60,000 nt of DNA. It comes from Squalus acanthias. Lineage: Eukaryota. The translations under genes and the position numbers were made by a program. The stretch lies in NCBI GenBank assembly GCA_030390025.1, contig CM059432.1, forward strand, positions 135,596,001 to 135,656,000, written 5' to 3'. The notes below the pieces were generated by a model, which saw nothing but the letters and a program-made list of their open reading frames with translations, ran no database searches and was not told where the DNA came from. This document shows positions 50,880 to 60,000 of this stretch, piece by piece. Position 1 is the first letter of the stretch. Every line of letters begins with the position of its first letter.

Positions 50880-51123
50880 AATTAATTACTTTGAAGTGTA
50901 GTGACTGTTGTTTGTTGGGCAAATGTGGCAGCCATTTTGTGCCAAGCAAGTTCCCACAAACAGCATTGAGATGAATGATCAATTAATCTGTTTCTGATAG
51001 TGTTGGTTGAGAGGACAGTCGCCCAAGACACAGAAAGAACTCTCTGCTCTTCTTCAAATGGTACTAAACGTCTTTAACATCCACTTGAACCAGAACAAGC
51101 AGACAAGTTCTTGGTTTAATGTC
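50880..51123 (-). mobile_element. Degenerate DeuSINE
   Basis: gtagtgactgttg...agcaagttcccacaaacagca...ctgctcttcttcaaat...ggtttaatgtctc is the reverse complement of the 15570-15800 sequence. Confidence 0.75.
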
Positions 51124-54100
51124 TCCCAATATAAATAGTATTAACAATAATAATTGACAGCTCAGCTTTGACCTGATCACTAAAGCTAAAATTGGTATCT
51201 ATAACTTTTAAGATTTAACAAGGTATTCATATGATATGGAGATGTACACGTGACCAAAACTGAACCCTGCTCAAAGCATCACTCCATTGAATTAGTCTGT
51301 GCAAAGGCTTAGGTCCTGTGTAAGTGCAGCAGATCAAAGCCCTAACTGTCCATCAGTGTTGTGTATTCACAGTTAAAATGTAAAGCAACAATTATAACTT
51401 AAACGCTAGACAATATTTGCTGCAACTAATGTCTGACAAATCTGATTTTAGAACTCAAACAGTAACAACAGAAAGTTATGGAATCGTTTGCTATTATTTT
51501 AAAGGAACACTACACAATAACAACAATTGCTTTGGCTCACAGTGCGGTGTGGAGGAGGGAAACATTTGATTTAGGACAGAAGGGGACCATTCTTAAAAAA
51601 GACATTGACTTCAGCCAAGCATGTCAGTGAAGGTCCAACAACTGGTCTCAGGGTTGACAGTCCAGGGAGAGGAAAAAAAAAATCAGCTCTAGGCTTCCCA
51701 CTCCTTGGTCCCTATTCAGTGACCCTTGTTGGATAGTGCATATGTAGATGTCAAGTGAGGACAGGCCTGCCTTGACTGTGATGATTCCTATAGTTAAACA
51801 GACTGGTGACACTCAATGTCCAGGCTCATCCGTGAAAAGTGGAAAAAAAACCAAACACGATTTGTTATTTTAGTTAGTTTAGCACTTGAGTTTAAGAACA
51901 GGTTGAAAAAAAAATTAGAGGTTATTCCAACCAGGAGCAATTTTCATTAATTTACACCCATCCCCCTTTGTTTGTTTGGCATTACTTTTCTGCTAATAGC
52001 AGGAGCTAAAACTTATGGGGCAGATTTTCCTGTTAAAAAATCTGGTGTCTAGGATCATCAGGTTGCAGTGTATAAAGGAAAATGCATGCTGGTAATGGAA
52101 CCTGACTGATTCTCTTCCATTTATATGATATTGGGAGGGCTCCCTAACAGGCGTACAAGCCTCCCCAGGCAATCCAACACATTCAGGCGCATAACAGGAA
52201 ACATACCCCATGAAATCCACCTATGATTGAATGTGATCTTGCATGGATTTAGTCCTGGATTGCACACTATCACCCATTCCTCATATTCACATAAATAAGA
52301 GACTCCAAATACGTTTACAGTTTGTTCAGAAAAATGCACAAATGAAATGATGTGTCATCCACCTTTAATAATATGTAGTTATGGCTATGAATCTCTCCAG
52401 TGAGGTGCTTGTCAAGTATTTGAATTTTATTTTGCGTTCTTCAATAAAATGCAATTGTACTCTACCAAAAAACAGGTGCTGAGTCAGTTACCATTATATA
52501 TCACGATTTTGGACCAATTACTAATTAGAAAATCTAATTCCCAACTCAAACTACTTTGGGAAACAGCAACAAGTTTATTTCTGGATGGAAAAATTCCACA
52601 ATGTTAACTTGTTTAGAAACATTAAATATAACAACTAAAACAGAGTTTCGGCTTAGCTGGGGATACCATGTTGGAATAGCATAACAGTATGTTAACAGGA
52701 TGTCAGATTATTCTGCTGATTTCCCTCTCCTCCTTTGTCTTCCCCTATCTAACTTTGTACTTCTAACAGGCATGTCAGCAATTATGTATTAACAAGTAAG
52801 CTATGCTTTGTCATTATTGTAACCACTATCTTGTTAGCCCAGAACATCCAATGGGAGAACACTGCATACAGCTTCCTTAAATATCATTCATATTTTGAAC
52901 CCCTACTCTCTCCCCATGCTCTTTGTTTTCAGTTGGGCTAAAGATGGAGTACCTCACCACCATGAAACAACCTAACTGAGTTGGGTAGAGAAAACCAGAT
53001 AGACCGGTTCCACCTTACTTATTCTCATCTGATATGAACCAGCACTGAATCTACCCATGGTAATAGCATAAAAGTGGGGTGGGGGTGGGTGGGGGGGGGA
53101 GGGGGGACTATTATGTAGTGCACCTTTAAAATTATACCATGGCGGTCTAGTTCAAAAGCAAGCTTTAAAATTTGTGAATGAGCTAAAATTGCAAATTTGT
53201 CACATACTGAAAGTGACAGCTGCAAAGCTTTAATGAACTCACGTGGATTTTTAAGATTTAACTCCAGTAAATTTATATCTACCATCCTTCTAAAAGAACG
53301 TGGTTTTAGACAGAATTGAGAAGAGGCAGAATGCTGAGCTGTCACAGCTTAAAATATTTTGCTTGTTACATCTGAGAAGGAAAGGAATGTTAAGTGTAAT
53401 CCTATATAGCATATAATCATTCAGTTTCAATTTCACAGGTTTGTTATTAATTCACTAAAACAAAAATAAATTAAAAAAGTAATAGTTTTGTTGAAAAAGA
53501 AGAAAAAAAAATCAAAGTAGCTGCATTAATTCGGTTTGCCCATTTTATTGTTATGTGACACTTTTAAGACTGACAGTTCTTGAATATCAATAATCAACAT
53601 TCTTTACAGTAACTGCATACAATGCGAGCAAAGACAGTTTAAAGTATTAAATGAAAGCCATTTTGTATTCAATCATATTAACTGCATATTTCAGATTTTA
53701 TATTATATTTTTAATCAGGTGTTCAACTGAGGCTACATACACGATTGCACAATGATCAGATCTTGTATGGCTCTTGGATTCGGTCAGTTAAAAATGCACA
53801 CAACTATATTATGGCATGTCCAAATGTTTGAATATACATATAGCTTGAATTCCTCATTTATGGCATGGTATTTTATATATAGGGTGCCCCTCTTGAAAGG
53901 AATGAATTGCAGAACATAAAGAGATGTAATTTGCTTGATGACAAAAAAAAACTCTGAAATACTTGCCCTGGAAATCTCTAGTTTTGTCGGGAGCAATATG
54001 CAAAATTTGAAATGTTTGGCTTAAGCAACTACATACTGGCACGGTTCTTCCAGTCATTATGATGCATCCCAAAATTCCATACTGATACTTTTTTTAAAGG

Positions 54101-54777
54101 GGTTACTCCATCCCACTTACTGATTTTGTAGTGAGATGGTTTCTATCGGTATATGCTGGTCAGATACATTCCAGTGACAAATTAAATGACAAAAGCAGAT
54201 AGGCTTAAATGAACCAAATGGGGGCTGTTGTACTATGTGTGGGGTAAAAAAAAGTGAATTCTGAAAGATGAAAAGGTCTTTCAGTAGTCAAGGTCAAACC
54301 ACTTTATTTTTAAGTCTTACAATAATGTTTATCAACATATGCAATGCATTATTAAATTACATTTATCATTTTTATCAGTTCAAATATTCCTCTACCATGT
54401 CAAATGTTTTTTTGACTTGTATTCATTTGACTGAAGATAATTTATCACAAACACTTTGATTTCTCATATTTTTAACATTAGGTGACAATGACCGAGGAAT
54501 ATTTTGACTGCCAATCCTCATGGTGAAGGAATACAATGAGTGTGTGTGTGCGTTGAGGGTGGGGAAACAAGACCCGTATGGCACTCTGTATAAATTAAAA
54601 CCTCAATGCAGAGATAAATGATATATGTGATTGGGTCATCTTTTTAACCATTAAAGCACTAGTCATTACATTTGCTGTGCTAACATTCTGGATTAGATTT
54701 ACTTTAGCAGGTTCATGGTTAAAAGAGTAGCAGCCTATAGGTTCTTATCACTAATTTATACATTAAAATGATCTTAC

Positions 54778-57700
54778 CTTAAGATTCCCTTTTGTTGTAA
54801 AAGCTCTGCCACAGATTGTGCAGCCAAATGGCTTTTCACCAGTGTGTGTGCGCTCATGGATCTGAAGAGCACTTGCAGAAGAAAAGGTCTTCCCACAGGA
54901 TGGACAGTTATGCTGCTTGGGTGTCCGACGAGGTGGCGGTGCCAGAATGGGTGTCATACCTGGACTCATGGCTGTCTGTGGTGCAGATGGAGCCTGTATA
55001 CCAACTGGAACCTGCGTACCATCACCTAGGGAGATCGGCTTGCTGTGACCATTGACTTCCATTTTGACCACGGTTGGTGCGGTGCTGGTGACCAGGCTAG
55101 GAGTACTTTGGGTGGGACCTAGAGTGGAGTTGGGTTCAAATAACTGAGAAGGAAGTTCTTTCATCTTGTGAGTCAGTAAGTGCTGTTTTAAATTACCCAT
55201 AGTGGAGCAACCACGATTGCAGATTGTGCAAAGAAATGGACGCTCTTTAGTATGGCTGCGGTAGTGAATTTCCAATGCACTTTTACAAGCAAAAGGTTTG
55301 CCACAGATACTACAAACAGTACTTTTCAACTTACCACATTCTTGGTTGGGGAACAGCATACTAAAAGCCTCTTCTTTGATGATCGGCCGACCCAGGTTGT
55401 TGGCTGTCAGATCTAGTGCACCTCCATTCTCCCGATGAGTTGATGGACTGTCCGCTTTTTCTGATTTCACTGTTGTCTCATGTGGTTCTTCCTGGTTGCC
55501 AAAGCCTGGTGACTTTGATCTTTGACTGTCAGCATTACTATGCACAGGTGACAATGCCTGCATTGAAGAAGAGCACTCAGACGTTGCTGGGCTACCTGCA
55601 CTCTGACTTTCTAAATCACCCACAGCTGAGGAGGAGTCATTTGTTAAGCGATCACTCTCCATGGATCCATTTTCAACAGATTTCATGCTGGATCGCTGCT
55701 GTGTGCTCAAAGCACAGTCTATTATCTTCATCTGATTCTCCAGTGTAGCGATGCTAGAAATCACTGAAGGAGGTGAGTTTGGTGACGAACCAGAATAACA
55801 TAATAATTGCTTTGAAGACTCAGTTGTGGTAATGTTTAATTCTGCCTCCTCATCCATTGAATTTTCATCCATCAGTTCATCATCAGGATAGTTGCTCATT
55901 AGTTCAGCATTCATTTCATCACAAGCTAGGTCGGTGTCCATACTATCGGAGAAGCCCTCTGGCAAAGGCGTATTTGGAATCTGTCCGCCCATATGCATAC
56001 GAATGTGCTGTTGTAAAACTACAGCGTTTGTAAATTTCTTCTGGCAAATGGGGCAAGAATGTTGTACTCGAAGAGGCGGCTTTGCTCGGTGAACTCCGAA
56101 ATGTGTCTTTAGGTTGCCCTTGGTGGTAAAAGCGCGGCCGCAGATTTTGCATTTAAACGGCCTTTCACCTGTGTGTGTGCGGTAATGCATCTTCAGAGCA
56201 CTCTGGCAACTTAGTACACGGTGACAGATAACACACTGGTTGGGGTCGGTCATCTTTTTATCAATGTTCTCCACCAATTGTTGCAGTTTTGAGGTCTCAG
56301 ATGTTTGCATAGAGTCTAACAGACCACCAAATGGGAATTTCGCCTTAAACTGCTCAGTTATTATGGGAAGCAGAGGGCTTGGAAGGGTTGAAGGAATGCT
56401 GTTCACTCCATTGTCTGCAGCAGTCGAAGATGTGGTAGAGCATAGAGCGGAGGAAACTGACTGTCCAGATGCACAGCTTTCTACTGGTTTGAAACTTGAA
56501 GTAGGTACATTTAAACCTTGAACTATGGGAACTACATTACCACCATTAATTGACTGTGGAGATTCTGCAGTGATTGGAATGCTGGAATCATTCTTGTTCA
56601 TGTTTGGTGACAAAGAAGCACATTCACTTGATGGAGGAGATGGTCTTTGGGGTGACCTGTTTAAAGGAGTCACAGTTGGGGACTCACCCAGGCTGGTAAT
56701 ACTTGATAGAGTTGGAGGCAACTGTAATCCAACCGAAGTTGGTAAGGTTGACAGCACAGGCTTGGTGTCCAACCATGTTGTCACTGGTTTTTCAGGTGGC
56801 AAGGACATCCCATATGGAATGCCAGTGCTAGTAGGTACATTATCTAGGTATTCAGGGACTGGATATGGATTCATCTGGATGTGAGGGTATTTTTCTTTAT
56901 GCCTCTGGAAGTGAACTTTAAGATTACCTTTGGTGGAAAAACGATTTCCACAAATATTACACTTAAATGGTCTCTCTCCAGTATGGGAACGAAGGTGAAT
57001 CTGTAATGCACTGTCACTTCCAAAGACCTTAGCACAAAACCTACATTTATGCTTGAAAAATGGATCTTCTGAGCTTGTTTTGGGATCAAACACAGAAACG
57101 TTGGGTGGTTTTCCTTTGCGATGTTTCATAAGGGCAGCCAGTGGATCTAGAGCATTAGTAGTTGCAGCAATGCTGACCAGTGGGTTTGGGAAGATCACAC
57201 TACTTGATGAATTCTGAGGTAGCAGTGGATTAGGCATGCTGGAAGCTGGACTGAGAAGACTGCCATGTCCAAGTGATGAAGATGAATACTGTAACTGAGA
57301 GGAAGTGTTACTTGTATTTGAACTGGAACTTGGAGTCAGGGAAGATGAAATTCCACTAGTGGATGGAGGCAAGATGGATTCTAATCTGGGAGATACACTG
57401 CTGGGTAAAACAGGAGTGCTAGCCCCAGAGGCAGGCTGTGTTATTTGCTGTGAACTATCAAAGGCAGATGGGTGGATACTGGATGCCTGTCCTGTTCCCG
57501 AAGCTGAAATAACGGCTGATAATTGGTTAGAAGAATGATCACTGAATGAAACATGCTGGCTAGCAGCAGCTACTGAAGTACCTTGGGAAGATGTTGATGG
57601 ATTTAAAGGGTGCAATGTTTGTGGATTCATCATCGCTACTTGGTTTCGGATTTGTTCAATCAGTTGAAGCTGGTGGAGCTGCTGCTGTTGCAGAGCCATC

Positions 57701-58268
57701 AGCTGCTCCAGAATCATAGGGATAGCCATGGTGGGTACTCCACTATTTGAATTGGGACTGTTAGATCGCGTGTCCTGCGAGAACTGTGCCACTGCCACTT
57801 TAGTGCTTTGCAAAGTCTCTAAAGTCACATTAGTGTTTGGCATGTTATAATTTGTCATGGAAGATGATTCAGGAATCTGAGGTAGCGAAGTAGCAGTGCT
57901 GGAGGTCCCTTGATTCTGGTAACCTTTGTCAGTGGAGGCATCCACCTCCATCGGCTCGTCTTGCTCTGTACTCTTTACCTCAGAGCTGTCATTTCCCTCT
58001 AACTGAGTGCTATCCTCAGCAGCTTCACTCTCTACTTGATCACTTGGGCTACTGGCAGGAGAAGCCTCAGGGAAGTCTTCTGAGCGTGCTGCGTCCTCGT
58101 CGTTTACGATTAAGACTAGTGGATTCTTAGTGCAATTCTTCTGATGCTCCATGAAGTCAGACCACTTGAAGAATTCTGCACAGCATTTCTCACAGATGTG
58201 GGTTTCCTCACTTCCACTTCTGCTTTCATTCCCACTATCAGCATCATCTGGTCCTTCCCCTGGGGCTG
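54778..58268 (-). CDS. sall3: Sal-like protein 3, large exon 2 (3491 nt)
   Basis: Acceptor ttttgatttcctag|CAGCCCCAGGG (phase 1), donor AAG|gtaaga. Encodes C2HC finger [22 protein letters not shown]-rich [22 protein letters not shown], and four double C2H2 clusters with SAL boxes. AAPGEG..DADSG.ESRSG.EET and the third-cluster [16 protein letters not shown] / [12 protein letters not shown] are SALL3-type rather than SALL1/2/4. Confidence 0.96.
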
Positions 58269-59788
58269 CTAGGAAATCAAAAGGACACATCAAGCAATGA
58301 CTTGCAAGACTATCCCTCCCTCCAATTTCAAGTTTTTGCACATAACTAAAATCAATATTTTTTTATTTTGTACAAATTACCTCACTTCAACACATCTCAG
58401 GTCCCTCTGTGTGTATTCTATCACTCTTTCTACCTAGCTAATCATTTTCTTTGCACAATCCATCAAATTATGAGGCCCTATCAATTGTGGATACTGCTGC
58501 TTAATGAAATTCCATAGAAGCTATTGATTTCCAATATTTTCATACAATTCACAGCTGCCTTGTCTGTTGGGTACAAATCAAGCCTTTGATGGACTCATTA
58601 GGATTCCCCTTTACCATCAGGCTTCCTCATTTCCAGCAAAATTAGAGAAGCCTTTGCCAGTTCACTTGACATCACTAAACTAATCTGTAACCTTTCAGGC
58701 TCAAATCAGTACCTGACAGGACAAACTGGCCCTCTGTTACTCAAATGTGGTCTTGGACTGACCAGATTTATTATCTTCATACAGCATCAAGACAGTATGG
58801 ATTTAATGCTAGTCTATATAATGTCTTAAATCAATGACCATATCTTTAGCTGCTTTAGAAATCTGAAGAGCAATGTACCCTTAAGCATTAACTAGGGTAC
58901 ACTACCTTTTAGAACTCGGCACGATTTAGCTAAATTAATTATTTCCTGTGCTACCAGTGAAACGCAAAGGCTGTGCCATAATTATTAAAAGTTACTGACA
59001 GAGACGCAACCTATTCAAACTATGAGTAGCAGAGTTATGCAAGATGACTTTCTTCACAGAATAAAACTGCTGCAAGAACTATCACTGTTGTAAAAAGGAG
59101 GCAAAATTTAGATTTTTTTTGCAGCAGAATATTTTTATGATGTTCAATGAAATCTTCATACAGTTATACCTTGCTTGCAGTTGCTTTTCGCAAGACACAC
59201 GTGCATTACGAGAAAGTGTCTTGAAAGATTTAGCTATTCAACAAACAAGTAAGTTCAATACCTGTAATTTTTATACAAGAGCATTCTCAGACATCGACTT
59301 TTGTCTGTGCTCAAGAAAAGGCTCAGTGAATTAAATGCCAGTACTGTGGCAGAAAGCCCACTAATTGGTTAATTACTGTTGCAGGCAGCCACCTTTCTGG
59401 ACTAGTCTTACCACTATGTGCCAAACAACAAGCATGTTTAATGAAACAGAATTCTAATGTGCACCTGACCAACTAAGTAGTTCTTCAAGAAAGATGAACC
59501 AAAGTACCCAGTTATATTCACAGTGGCATTTCCGATCTGTATTATGTCTCTAGTAGACTCCAATGCGCAGGCTGTGATTAATTAGTTGCTGTCATTCGCC
59601 ATTGTTTCACATTGTTGAACATACAGCTACTCCACGTCATAAATTGCCTGTGATTATTCAACACGCTGAAAACCACAAGCGATTGTGAAAACCTGTCTGT
59701 GTTTCGCCAGATTTTGTTCAAAGAAAATCTTGGGCTCTCCAATAGTTCAGCTGGTTAGACCAGTGCGTAGTTGAGCCATTCCTGGTGT

Positions 59789-59969
59789 GGACCTAGAAAT
59801 TTGGTCGCGCAGCGCCCATCTTTAATTCCGCTCTGGCACTAAGCTGCTTGTTAGGTGTCCGCACCTGGCCGGCTCGAAGATGATGAGACCCGAGGCCCAA
59901 TATTGGGTGCCCCTCTGGCCTCGTCATTCATGCGCAGGGATCGTTCCCTGCGCCCAAATTTCTCGGCCT
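59789..59969. mobile_element. Short GC-rich MITE in SALL3 intron 1
   Basis: Imperfect TIRs ggacctagaaatttgg / ccaaatttctcggcct; same TIR family as 14092-14264. Confidence 0.6.
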
Positions 59970-60000
59970 TGACGTCTGGTCTGTGCTGAATGAGCTGATC

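Noticed and set aside
54816..57538. Plus-strand ORFs antisense to SALL3 exon 2
   Set aside because: Shadow ORFs of a long coding exon with no recognisable domains
58269..58341. N-terminal extension MQKLEIGG...CPFDFL of the 1192-aa ORF
   Set aside because: Open intronic sequence upstream of the splice acceptor; the true SALL N-terminus (MSRRKQ motif) is in exon 1, outside the window

Overview
Vertebrate genomic DNA, almost certainly from a cartilaginous fish (shark-type CR1, L2, DeuSINE and Penelope-derived repeats). The only real protein-coding gene is the 3' part of SALL3 (spalt-like 3 zinc-finger transcription factor) on the minus strand: large exon 2 (58268-54778), a 9.6-kb intron, terminal coding exon (45200-44769) and a probable ~3.8-kb 3' UTR. 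Exon 1 lies beyond the right edge. The rest is downstream gene desert with decayed CR1 and L2 LINEs, SINEs, PIF/Harbinger MITEs and Myb/SANT relics, plus repeat-free blocks that look like conserved enhancers. The most notable signals are: (1) two families of short fold-back insertions carrying minimal hammerhead-ribozyme cores and flanked by 12-14 bp target-site duplications, one inside SALL3 intron 2 and one apparently enclosing ~780 bp of cargo; (2) an in-frame 216-nt exitron in exon 2 that would remove exactly the third double zinc finger; (3) a let-7 site with 10-nt pairing in the putative 3' UTR; (4) a 40-bp templated inverted insertion copied from a neighbouring CR1. All calls were made by eye; no database searches were run.
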